A DNA stretch of 64,000 bases from Clostridiales bacterium GWD2_32_19 (GCA_001795385.1 MGOU01000022.1:33566-97565), one strand, 5' to 3'; shown: positions 35,609-45,049, numbered from the stretch's first letter. Made by a program: numbers and translations. Notes: generated by a model not told the origin, from the letters alone.

Positions 35609-38266
35609 ATGGTTAATAATATTGGACTAAATGAAGAACAAGTTGTTGAGTCAAGGAATAAATACGGTAGTAACAGCCTAAGTGAAGTGAAATCCGAAGG
35701 CTTTTGGGACAAGTTAAAGAATAATTTTGGCGATCCAATGATAAGGATTCTGTGTGTAGCACTTGCTATAAATGTAATTTTTGCATTTATGGGACAAGCT
35801 CATTGGTACGAATCTGTAGGAATTGCTATAGCAGTGATATTGGCTACATTTGTATCTACATTTTCAGAATATAGAAATGAAAATGCATTTCAAAAGCTTC
35901 AAGAAGAAGCATCAAGGATTAAATGTAAAGTATTCAGAAGTGGTGAAGTTTTAGAACTTCCTATTGATGATTTAGTAGTTGGTGATGCTGTTATACTTCA
36001 ATCGGGTGACAAAATACCTGCAGATGGAGTATTGACTACTGGAGTGATAAAGGTTGACCAATCTGTACTTAATGGAGAAAGTAAAGAAGCTAATAAAAAA
36101 GTAATGTCTGAAGATTATGTTGAACAAAGCATAGGACTGGATTTTCTTAATGAATATAAAGTTTTTAGGGGAACGGTGGTTTGTTACGGAAATGCAGTAA
36201 TGAGTATAACAAATGTAGGAGATAAAACTGTATATGGAGAGATAGCAAAAGAGCTACAGACAGAAGATGACCGTGATTCGCCATTAAAAGTTAAATTAAG
36301 CAACCTTGCTAATGGTATTAGTAAGTTTGGTTACATAGGAGGTATTTTAATTGCACTTGCATACCTATTCCAAAAAATAGTTATTAGCAATGGATTTGAT
36401 ATTGGTAGAATCGTGGAGTACTCTTCAAATTATATGGTAATATTAAATAATGTTGTTGAGGCTGTAATACTTGCTGTTATAATAATAGTTATGGCTGTAC
36501 CTGAAGGACTGCCACTAATGATTGCGATTGTTTCTGCAATTAATATGGGAAAAATGCTCAAAGATAATGTTCTTGTTCGTAAAATTTCTGGAATTGAAAC
36601 TGCGGGTAGTATAAATATCCTTTTTAGTGATAAGACAGGAACAATTACAAAAGGACAACTTGAAGCTATTGTTTTTGTAGATGGTGAAGGTAAAGAATAT
36701 AAAAACCATTCAGAGGTAGTTGGTGAGCTAGGTAAGCTATTGTCTCTTGGTATACAGTATAATACGGATGCCATGATTACAGGTACACATCCAAATATCA
36801 AAGTAATTGGTGGTAATGCGACTGAGCGTGCTATCATAGGCTTTGTAGCTGGAAAGGGTGGAGAAGTAACAGCAGAAACTAGTAATAAGATACCGTTTAA
36901 CAGTGAAAATAAATACTCAGCTGTCCAAGTGCATGGTGATTATGAATGTACATTAATTAAAGGTGCACCTGAACTTATTATATCAAAATGTTCAAACTAT
37001 TTTGATAATAATGGTAATAAGAAACCTATTACTGATTTCAAAACTATAGAAGGAAAAATAGATAAACTTGCGGAACGTGCAATTAGAGTATTGGCGCTTG
37101 CAGTTAGTGATTGTGAACTTGGAGAATGTAGTTTGCCAGAAGGAGAATGGACATTACTGGGAGTAATCGGTATACGTGATGAAGTTAGACCTGAATCTAT
37201 TTCAGCAATTACTGAGGTACAAAATGCCGGTATTCAGGTGGTTATGATAACTGGTGACAGAAAAGATACAGCAATTGCAATAGCAAAAGAAGCAGGATTA
37301 CTGAAAGATAGTACAGATATTGTTATTACATCAGATGAATTACAACAAATTTCAGATGAAAAACTAAAGAAGATGTTACCTAATATTAGAGTTGTAGCAA
37401 GAGCTTTACCTAGTGACAAGAGTCGATTTGTAAAAATTGCTCAGGAACTAAATCTTGTAGTTGGTATGACAGGAGATGGAGTCAACGACTCTCCTGCACT
37501 CAAAAAGGCTGATGTAGGATTTGCAATGGGTGGTGGAACTGAGGTAGCAAAGGAAGCAAGTGATATAGTTATTATGGATGATAACTTTAGTTCGATTGAG
37601 AAAGCTATACTTTATGGACGTACAATTTTTAATAGTATACGAAAATTTATAATTTTTCAATTAACAATTAATGTTACAGCCGTTATGGTTTCATTTATAT
37701 CGCCACTTTTAGGGCTAGGAAGTCCACTTTCTATCACACAAATTTTATGGATCAACTTAGTAATGGACACACTAGCTGCATTAGCATTTGGTGGAGAGAT
37801 AGCACTTAAGAGATTTATGAATGAAAAACCAAAACGTAGGGATGAAAATATTGTAAGTCCATATATGTGGAGCTCGATATTTGTAGGAAGTACCTGGATT
37901 TTTATAATTAGTATGTTTTTATTATTATCACCTTATGCAGCAACACTATTCCGCTCAAGTGATACAAGTGCTTACTTATTAACTGGATATTTCACTTTCT
38001 TCGTATTTGCAGCAGTGTTCAATGCATTTAATGCAAGAACAGAAAAGATAAATTTATTAGAAAATATTACACAAAATAAAGGTTTTTTAAAGATTATTTT
38101 ATTGATATCAGGAGTTCAATTAATAATGACATATTTTGGAGGCGTAATTTTAAGATGTTATGGACTTTCATTAAACGAATTGTTATTAGTTATAATACTT
38201 GCAATGTCAATTATACCTGTTGATATAATAAGAAAGTTAATTAAAACATCAAAAGAATCAAACTAA
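35609..38266 (+). CDS. P-type Ca2+-transporting ATPase (P2 type)
   Basis: DKTGTIT phosphorylation site, TGDGVNDSPALKKADVGFAMG hinge, VPEGLP in TM4, 10-TM layout. Confidence 0.9.
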   Translation: MVNNIGLNEEQVVESRNKYGSNSLSEVKSEGFWDKLKNNFGDPMIRILCVALAINVIFAFMGQAHWYESVGIAIAVILATFVSTFSEYRNENAFQKLQEEASRIKCKVFRSGEVLELPIDDLVVGDAVILQSGDKIPADGVLTTGVIKVDQSVLNGESKEANKKVMSEDYVEQSIGLDFLNEYKVFRGTVVCYGNAVMSITNVGDKTVYGEIAKELQTEDDRDSPLKVKLSNLANGISKFGYIGGILIALAYLFQKIVISNGFDIGRIVEYSSNYMVILNNVVEAVILAVIIIVMAVPEGLPLMIAIVSAINMGKMLKDNVLVRKISGIETAGSINILFSDKTGTITKGQLEAIVFVDGEGKEYKNHSEVVGELGKLLSLGIQYNTDAMITGTHPNIKVIGGNATERAIIGFVAGKGGEVTAETSNKIPFNSENKYSAVQVHGDYECTLIKGAPELIISKCSNYFDNNGNKKPITDFKTIEGKIDKLAERAIRVLALAVSDCELGECSLPEGEWTLLGVIGIRDEVRPESISAITEVQNAGIQVVMITGDRKDTAIAIAKEAGLLKDSTDIVITSDELQQISDEKLKKMLPNIRVVARALPSDKSRFVKIAQELNLVVGMTGDGVNDSPALKKADVGFAMGGGTEVAKEASDIVIMDDNFSSIEKAILYGRTIFNSIRKFIIFQLTINVTAVMVSFISPLLGLGSPLSITQILWINLVMDTLAALAFGGEIALKRFMNEKPKRRDENIVSPYMWSSIFVGSTWIFIISMFLLLSPYAATLFRSSDTSAYLLTGYFTFFVFAAVFNAFNARTEKINLLENITQNKGFLKIILLISGVQLIMTYFGGVILRCYGLSLNELLLVIILAMSIIPVDIIRKLIKTSKESN

Positions 38267-38331
38267 CTATAAAACTGTAAAATATATTACAGTTCTATAT
38301 AAAAAATCTAAATATAAAAGGAGTGTTAACA

Positions 38332-38913
38332 ATGGCAATAAGCTTACAAAAAGGACAAAAAGTAGATTTGACAAAGTCAAATCCTGGACTTACTAAGATA
38401 GTAGTAGGATTAGGTTGGGATACAAATAAATATGATGGTGGAAGTGCATTTGATTTAGATGCAGCAGCATTTTTAGTTACAGAAACAAGTAAGGTTGGTA
38501 GCGATGGAGATTTCGTATTCTACGGTAATGTAAAGCATACTAGCGAGTCTGTTATTCACTTAGGAGATAATTTAACAGGTGCTGGTGATGGTGATGATGA
38601 ACAAGTTAAAGTTGATTTATCAAAGGTACCTGCTAATATTCAAAAATTATGTTTTACTGTTACTATTAATGAAGGAGAAACACGCAAACAAAACTTCGGA
38701 ATGGTTTCTAATGCATTTATAAGACTTGTTGATGAAGTTAGTAACACTGAATTAATGAGATATGATCTTGGAGAAGAATTTTCTATAGAAACAGCGGTTG
38801 TTGTAGCTGAATTATATAGGAATGGTACTGAATGGAAATTTAATGCTATAGGTAGTGGATTCCAAGGTGGACTTAAAGCTTTATGTGCAAACTATGGAAT
38901 AGATGTAGCTTAA
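38332..38913 (+). CDS. terD: TerD-family stress protein
   Basis: [13 protein letters not shown], Ca2+ motif [16 protein letters not shown]-terminal WKFNAIGSG. Confidence 0.92.
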   Translation: MAISLQKGQKVDLTKSNPGLTKIVVGLGWDTNKYDGGSAFDLDAAAFLVTETSKVGSDGDFVFYGNVKHTSESVIHLGDNLTGAGDGDDEQVKVDLSKVPANIQKLCFTVTINEGETRKQNFGMVSNAFIRLVDEVSNTELMRYDLGEEFSIETAVVVAELYRNGTEWKFNAIGSGFQGGLKALCANYGIDVA

Positions 38914-39085
38914 TATAATTATTTAAAATAAAGGCTTTGCTGTGCGACTGTCAAGAAGCAATTGGCAAAGCTTTTACGCTTTACGAAGATAAGAGACCTG
39001 AAAGGTTTTAAAATGAGTTAGAAAAGCTTGAAATTCCATTATTAGATAATAACTGGAAAGCAATAAAAAACAAGGAGGAATAGAT

Positions 39086-39703
39086 ATGTCAATTAGTTTA
39101 CAAAAGGGACAAAAGGTTGATTTAACAAAGGGTAATTCAAGTTTGAAAAGAGTAATGGTAGGTTTAGGCTGGGATGAAGTACCTCAAACTATGGAAAAGA
39201 AGGGATTACTAGGGAGTCTTATGGGCGGAGGAGCAAAAGGTCAAGCAATTGATTGTGATGCATCTGCAATTTTGTGTAATGCTAGTGGAAAGATGAATGA
39301 AAAAGGAGATGTTATTTATTTCAGCAACTTGGCGCATAAAACTGGATGTGTAAAGCATATGGGAGATAATTTAACAGGTGCTGGTGATGGTGATGATGAG
39401 CAAGTATTTGTTAATTTGGCTGATGTACCATCAAATTATGAAAAAGTAGTATTTGTAGTAAATATTTATCAGGCAGTACAACGTAAACAACATTTTGGTA
39501 TGATACAAAATGCTTTTATAAGAATTATTGATGCTGATAATAATGCAGAATTATGCAAATTTAATTTATCAGAAAACTATGATAATATGACATCAATGAT
39601 ATTTGGTGAAATATATCGTTACCAAAATGAATGGAAGTTTAATGCAATGGGACAGGCTACTACAGATGCAGGTCTTTCTGAATTAGTGCAAAAATACAGT
39701 TAA
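39086..39703 (+). CDS. terD: TerD-family stress protein, second paralog
   Basis: [36 protein letters not shown]. Carries an extra Gly-rich insert after the first strands. Confidence 0.92.
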   Translation: MSISLQKGQKVDLTKGNSSLKRVMVGLGWDEVPQTMEKKGLLGSLMGGGAKGQAIDCDASAILCNASGKMNEKGDVIYFSNLAHKTGCVKHMGDNLTGAGDGDDEQVFVNLADVPSNYEKVVFVVNIYQAVQRKQHFGMIQNAFIRIIDADNNAELCKFNLSENYDNMTSMIFGEIYRYQNEWKFNAMGQATTDAGLSELVQKYS

Positions 39704-39804
39704 AACTCTTGATTAAGACAAACAAGTTTTCTGAACCTGTAGTGAATAACACTAAAGATTGGCAAACTTAAAACATATGACAACTTTGGCTGAGAGGGAT
39801 AAAT

Positions 39805-40719
39805 ATGAAAAGATTGAAAAATGCATTGGCGATAAAATGGATTAATTGTTTAAAGAAATATAAAATTAAATACGCGGGTTTAATTTTATTATCAATTTTT
39901 GAAATAGCCATATCTGTAGCACAACCTATATTATTGGGTAAACTTATATATTCATTAACCACCAAACAGTACAACGAAATAATAAGCTTTACTTTATTGT
40001 TATTTACTTTCAAAGCTCTTGAAATATTTGTAAGCGCAATTAAATTTTATTTGTTGCATTACTTGAGAAATATGATAAATGAAATTATTAGGACAGATAT
40101 AGTTGTTAATATGTTAAGAAAGGGAGTTAAGTTACCGATTACTTCAATAAATGAAAGATTAAAAGAAATAGTTGAGATTACAAGAAAAGGTGATGAGATA
40201 ATAGAAGTTGCAATAAAATCTCTGAAACTAATTGTAATAACTGTTATTGTGACAGTAACTACTAATTGGATGATTGGTGGAATTATGCTGTTGTATATGT
40301 TTGTATATTACCTTGGTATTACGGTAATGTCTAATCCTATACAAAAAGATGTAGCTTCTATGAAAACATCGGGAGATCAATATTTTAATAGGATTCATAG
40401 TTTATATGATAACCCAGATTCAGAGGAATTGGGAAAACTTAGGGTTGTTACAAGATTTTTTAGAAAGAGCAGGATAGTTTATAACATAAATTACGATAAA
40501 ATGCTTGTTGTTTCTGGAATAATAGAGACTTTATTTCAATTATTAATATATGGGTCATTAGCAATGATGTATTTTAATAATAAAATATCCATAGACATTG
40601 TTATATCTTGTATAACTTATTTTACAATAATTACAGTAGTGTACAAGGAAATAAGTATGTTCAATATAGGTATGAAGCAACTTAATATATCTTTTGAGAG
40701 AATTAATGAATTAATGTGA
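39805..40719 (+). CDS. ABC-exporter-type transmembrane domain protein without an ATPase domain
   Basis: N-terminus LKKYKIKYAGLILLSIFEIAISVAQPILLGKLI and a 6-TM layout typical of the type I exporter TMD. Ends at ISFERINELM, the usual TMD-NBD junction. No NBD gene is adjacent. Confidence 0.55.
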   Translation: MKRLKNALAIKWINCLKKYKIKYAGLILLSIFEIAISVAQPILLGKLIYSLTTKQYNEIISFTLLLFTFKALEIFVSAIKFYLLHYLRNMINEIIRTDIVVNMLRKGVKLPITSINERLKEIVEITRKGDEIIEVAIKSLKLIVITVIVTVTTNWMIGGIMLLYMFVYYLGITVMSNPIQKDVASMKTSGDQYFNRIHSLYDNPDSEELGKLRVVTRFFRKSRIVYNINYDKMLVVSGIIETLFQLLIYGSLAMMYFNNKISIDIVISCITYFTIITVVYKEISMFNIGMKQLNISFERINELM

Positions 40720-40818
40720 TAGACCAAAGAGATAATCAATAGAGAAAGTGTTAAAGAGCTGTGATAGGCTCTTTTTCTTGAACTAAATAAAAAATATTAT
40801 TATAGGGGAGTGATTTAA

Positions 40819-41574
40819 ATGTTTAATCCAGATTTTTCGAATGCTATAAAGGTTATTGATAGATCAGAAGGCAAAAGTGGTACAGTTTTCGAAGTTATAG
40901 AATATACAAAGCCAAGGGCAGGAGAACAGCTAAGGCAGGTTAGGATATATATAAAAGAGGGTTCGATAATTATGCAATCTGGGGCTCTGCAATTTATGAA
41001 AGGTCAGATAACGATGGATGCAACAGTGAGCGTTGCTACAGCTTTAAAAGGTTTTTTTACTAGTAAGGGAAGTGGTGAGTCTTTGGTTACTCCCAAGTAT
41101 ACAGGAAAAAATGGAGAAATATATCTTGAGCCTACAAATAATTATTACTATGTCTTAGAACTACAAAACGATGAAATAATTCTTGACGATGGATTGTTTT
41201 ATTGTTGCGAAGACAGTATTGCATTATCAGTGCACACAAATACAAATGTTTTGGCGGGGTTATTTTCTGGAGATGGTTTTAGACAACCAAAAATCACTGG
41301 AACCGGAGTTGCGGTGTTAGAAAGTAATGTTCCTTTTGAGGAGATATTAATATATCAATTAAATAATGAAACATTAAAAGTTGACGGAAATTTTGCAATG
41401 GTTGTAAGGGGAAATATTCAAACAAAAATTGAAAAATCATCAAAGTCAATAATAGGTAGTGCCAGAAGCGGAGAGGGTATTTTACAGACATATACAGGAA
41501 CGGGAGAAGTATGGCTCGCACCAGCGAAGAATTATAAACCACTTGATACTTTACTGCTAACGAGGAGCATTTAA
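40819..41574 (+). CDS. AIM24-family (DUF124) protein
   Basis: About 250 aa, beta-rich. Segments IYIKEGSIIMQSGALQFMKGQITMD and GEGILQTYTGTGEVWLAP resemble the TIGR00266/AIM24 family. Confidence 0.6.
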   Translation: MFNPDFSNAIKVIDRSEGKSGTVFEVIEYTKPRAGEQLRQVRIYIKEGSIIMQSGALQFMKGQITMDATVSVATALKGFFTSKGSGESLVTPKYTGKNGEIYLEPTNNYYYVLELQNDEIILDDGLFYCCEDSIALSVHTNTNVLAGLFSGDGFRQPKITGTGVAVLESNVPFEEILIYQLNNETLKVDGNFAMVVRGNIQTKIEKSSKSIIGSARSGEGILQTYTGTGEVWLAPAKNYKPLDTLLLTRSI

Positions 41575-41582
41575 ATGTATAT

Positions 41583-41644
41583 ATGTCAATCAAATTTCAT
41601 AAGTTCAAATTTTGATTGACATGAAAAAACAAAAATGGTACAAT
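41583..41644 (+). promoter_or_regulatory. 12-bp inverted repeat overlapping a near-consensus promoter
   Basis: atgtcaatcaaa (41583-41594) pairs with tttgattgacat (41611-41622). TTGACA 41616-41621, 17 nt, TACAAT 41639-41644, with TG. Confidence 0.65.
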
Positions 41645-41667
41645 AATTTATACGAGGTGTGATTAAA

Positions 41668-42132
41668 ATGTTTGGAATGTTTAAAAGAAAGAGTGAAAAC
41701 GAAAGCAATGAAAAAACAGACACACAGCAAGATACAAAATTACAAACAAGAATAGTTATGGAAAATGCTAAAGCTTCTTTAAAAGAAATAGAAAATAAAC
41801 TATATCAAATTAAAGATAAATATTTATTTTCGAATCTACTTTTGTTTTTATCATATTATAATTTTATAATTGAATTTTACAATAAAAACATGGAAAGTAT
41901 AATTTCAGTAAGAGAGCTGTTATTATTAAAATATATAGATATGATAAAAGATATACTAGCTAATTTTGATGAAATAACGGCTACAGTAGTTCAAAAAAAT
42001 GAACTTCTGAAAGCATTGAAAACTGTAAATGAAAAGTTGAATTCGGCAATTAAGAACATAAAAGAACAAGCAGAAATCGATTTAAGTGTTGACTTAAAGA
42101 CACTGCAAGATTTGATAAAATTAGACTTTTAA
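41668..42132 (+). CDS. Hypothetical coiled-coil protein in the position of xpaC
   Basis: 155 aa from the ATG after gaggtg. Sits immediately upstream of the TelA-like gene, as xpaC does with yaaN in B. subtilis. No confident sequence match seen by eye. Confidence 0.5.
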   Translation: MFGMFKRKSENESNEKTDTQQDTKLQTRIVMENAKASLKEIENKLYQIKDKYLFSNLLLFLSYYNFIIEFYNKNMESIISVRELLLLKYIDMIKDILANFDEITATVVQKNELLKALKTVNEKLNSAIKNIKEQAEIDLSVDLKTLQDLIKLDF

Positions 42133-42157
42133 AAACATCACAAAGGAGTTGTTTGCT

Positions 42158-43345
42158 ATGGGATTTGAGAACTTATTAGAAAATATCGAGGGGGATGAAA
42201 AAAAATCTCTAATAAAAGAAGAAACTAATTCTCTTGAGGTAGTGGAGGTAGTTAAAGAAGCAGAACCTGCTGTACCAGTTGGAACCAAACGAGAGGTGGA
42301 CTTATCTAAGTTTAGTGAGGAAGACAGAGAAAATATAAACAAAATGAAGGATAATATGAGTTTGACTAGTTCTAATGATGTTGCAAGTATAGGTACTGAA
42401 GCTCAAAGTAACATTGCAAAATTTGCAGACGGTCTTTTAGAAGGTGTTAAAACAAAGGACACTGGTGTTGTTGGTGATAATCTTACCACACTACTTACTA
42501 CTATAAAAGGTGTTAATCTAGAAGGATTAAATGGAAATAAATCATTTATATCAAAAATTCCATTTTTAAGATCAATTAGTAATAGTGTAGTAGGTGCGAA
42601 GATAAAACTTGAGAATGTCACTGAGACTGTAGATAATATTGTAGTTGCACTAGACACAGCAAGAAAAGAGTTAATAAGAGATATAAATGTATTAGATGTC
42701 TTATATGATAAAAACCTTGAATACTTACATAACCTTGAGTTGTGTATAGCTGCTGGAGAGCTAAAGTATAACGAACTTTCTGAGACAGTGTTAGTTGAAC
42801 TGAAAAGCAAAGCTAATCAAACTCAAGATATGGTAGATATTCAAAAGTATAATGATTTTGCACAAATGTTGTCAGAAGTAGAAAAAAGAATATATGATTT
42901 AAAATTAAGTAGGGAGATTGCTAGACAGACAATGCCCCAAATACGCATTATCCAAGGTAATGATAAGATATTATCAAATAAGATTCAGACGAGTGTACTT
43001 ACAACCATTCCAATCTGGAAAAATCAAATAGCGTTAACAATATCTTTAAATAAACAAAAAACAGCTTTGGAATTACAAAAGAAAGTTTCGGACACAACTG
43101 AAGATTTATTAAAACAAAATGCTAATATTTTAAAAATGAACTCTATTGAAATTGCAAAAGAAAGTGAAAGAGGAGTTATAAGCATCGAGACATTAAAGGA
43201 AACACACACTAGATTAATTGAAACGATAGAAGAATCTATGAAGATTTATTCAGAAGGTCGCCAAAAACGTCAGATGGCAGAAAAGGAACTTACTCAGATG
43301 GAAGCAACTCAAAAACAAAAACTCCTAGAGCTTAGAGGTAAATAA
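42158..43345 (+). CDS. telA: TelA-family toxic anion resistance protein (YaaN/YceH-like)
   Basis: About 395 aa, all helical. Shows the typical TelA layout, with N-terminal acidic lead-in, LLEGVKTKDTG and a central LELCIAAGELKY segment. Confidence 0.8.
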   Translation: MGFENLLENIEGDEKKSLIKEETNSLEVVEVVKEAEPAVPVGTKREVDLSKFSEEDRENINKMKDNMSLTSSNDVASIGTEAQSNIAKFADGLLEGVKTKDTGVVGDNLTTLLTTIKGVNLEGLNGNKSFISKIPFLRSISNSVVGAKIKLENVTETVDNIVVALDTARKELIRDINVLDVLYDKNLEYLHNLELCIAAGELKYNELSETVLVELKSKANQTQDMVDIQKYNDFAQMLSEVEKRIYDLKLSREIARQTMPQIRIIQGNDKILSNKIQTSVLTTIPIWKNQIALTISLNKQKTALELQKKVSDTTEDLLKQNANILKMNSIEIAKESERGVISIETLKETHTRLIETIEESMKIYSEGRQKRQMAEKELTQMEATQKQKLLELRGK

Positions 43346-43373
43346 GTAGAACGAGATTAATGAAGGTGATATA

Positions 43374-44186
43374 ATGGATAAAAAAGAATGTCTAAATTTG
43401 ATAAATCAACATTTTGAATTACAAAGTTGTATAGCATCATTAAAAAACCCAGATTTAAAATTGAAGAGTCATACCTTCTTTTATAATAATCTTTTTAAAG
43501 CGGTAAAAGAAATAAAGATAATAAGAGTTAAATCTAAAAATCCAAAAGATGATATTAAATTTGATATATATTATGTATCTGATGAATTCGAAGGATTATA
43601 TCATGGATATTTCAGGATAAAGGATGAATCAGATTCGGCAAGTAGGATATTTAAAACTGTAAGTAAGATGTGTACAGATTTGATCGAATATATGTATTAT
43701 GTGTACCAAAACAGTGAATTGCTCAAAATATATTTGATATCTTTAGATATTCAAAATGCAATAGAGCAATGTAATACAAAAGATGTTGATGGAGTATTTG
43801 AAAAAATCAAAAAAAATATATATTCAGAAATTGCAGAATGTGATCAAACTGAACTAGAATGTTCCATTTTAGATAGGTGGTTTAATAGAAAATATATATA
43901 TAACTTTATAATGTTTAACTCGAAATGTTCGGAAATAGTGAAGATGTTTCTACTAAATTTGCTTTCACCTAAGTATTCGAACAATATTTGTATGATTAAC
44001 CAAAATAGTATTATAAAAAATTACATTTATGTAAGTTCAAGTTCGATATATTTTAACGGTAATCATGAACTGAATGTATTTAGTATACTAGATAGTGCTG
44101 TTTCTTTAGAATTTATATTGTTTGTAAAATTTGATTTTAATTTTGAAGGTGGAGTTAATATTGGGAAAACAGTTGATAAAAGGTGA
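43374..44186 (+). CDS. Hypothetical 270-aa protein
   Basis: RBS gaaggtg. No recognised domain. The 3' end overlaps the next gene. Confidence 0.55.
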   Translation: MDKKECLNLINQHFELQSCIASLKNPDLKLKSHTFFYNNLFKAVKEIKIIRVKSKNPKDDIKFDIYYVSDEFEGLYHGYFRIKDESDSASRIFKTVSKMCTDLIEYMYYVYQNSELLKIYLISLDIQNAIEQCNTKDVDGVFEKIKKNIYSEIAECDQTELECSILDRWFNRKYIYNFIMFNSKCSEIVKMFLLNLLSPKYSNNICMINQNSIIKNYIYVSSSSIYFNGNHELNVFSILDSAVSLEFILFVKFDFNFEGGVNIGKTVDKR

Positions 44187-44712
44187 AAAGATAGATATAA
44201 GTAAAATAAATAGTTCTTCTAATAAATTTGAATTAGTTATAACATACAAAAACAATAATGAAAATTCATATGATATCGACACTTTTGTATGTGTATGTGA
44301 AAATAATAATCGAATAAATAAAAAGGAGATTATTTTTTATAACAATGTTGAAAATACTGATAAAAGTATATGCTTTGTGGACTGTTTTACTGATAATACA
44401 GAGAATAAAAAAACATTTCAAATAAATTTAAACAGTGCAAACATTTCAAAACTAATTATTGGGTACTCAATTTATAAAAGTAATCTATGTAAACAAAGTT
44501 CTGCTGATATTACGCTTAAACTAATTAACAGAACACTACAAACAGAAGTGTTCACAATGAGTATGCAAAGTGACATTATAAATAATAATGCAGGTGTTGT
44601 AGGGGAAGTTTACAAATATAAAGATGTTTGGAAGTTTAATGCTATTGAATATAATTCTCCAAATGATTTGATGAGTACAATTAAGACTTTATTTAATGTG
44701 ATTTTATATTGA
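44161..44712 (+). CDS. Degenerate TerD-like protein lacking the Ca2+-binding motif, TTG start
   Basis: LIKGEKIDISK start, YDIDTFVCV, IIFYNN, final VGEVYKYKDVWKFNAIEYN. The GDNLTGxGDGDDE loop is replaced by DCFTDNTENKKT. RBS ggtggag. Confidence 0.65.
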   Translation: MGKQLIKGEKIDISKINSSSNKFELVITYKNNNENSYDIDTFVCVCENNNRINKKEIIFYNNVENTDKSICFVDCFTDNTENKKTFQINLNSANISKLIIGYSIYKSNLCKQSSADITLKLINRTLQTEVFTMSMQSDIINNNAGVVGEVYKYKDVWKFNAIEYNSPNDLMSTIKTLFNVILY

Positions 44713-44725
44713 TAGTTTTATAAAT

Positions 44726-44750
44726 GGGGTCAAGTTGACCCTGTTTTGTT
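44726..44750 (+). terminator. Weak terminator-like hairpin
   Basis: gggtc-aagtt-gaccc followed by tgttttgtt. Confidence 0.45.
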
Positions 44751-44951
44751 ACTATTTTGACAGCAGGTAGGAGATGTTTGTGTAAAGAATAGGTCAGTGT
44801 GTTAACTAAAATAAGTAATTTGTAGAAAATATGTAAAAATAACTATTAGTAAATGTTGTTTTTGGACAAAATGAGAAAAAACTTTTGGTTGATTTTTTAT
44901 GACACTTTAACTATAATAAGATAGTGTCAAAAATTTAATATAGAAATAAAA

Positions 44952-45040
44952 GAGAGATTGCTTCGTACACCCTCCTAGAGGACCCCTATATCTAGGTTTG
45001 CACAATACACTAACCAAGTCTTAGGATGTCGCAATGACAA
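44952..45040 (+). repeat. Disrupted fragment of the nested-hairpin repeat
   Basis: gagagattgcttcg and gtcgcaatgacaa (the right-hand arms of the family) are separated by 62 unrelated nt. Confidence 0.6.
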
Positions 45041-45049
45041 AGAGGGGGA

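Noticed and set aside
39768-40013. 81-aa - strand ORF overlapping the start of the ABC-TMD gene.
   Set aside because: It has no RBS and is antisense to a longer ORF with a recognisable family pattern.
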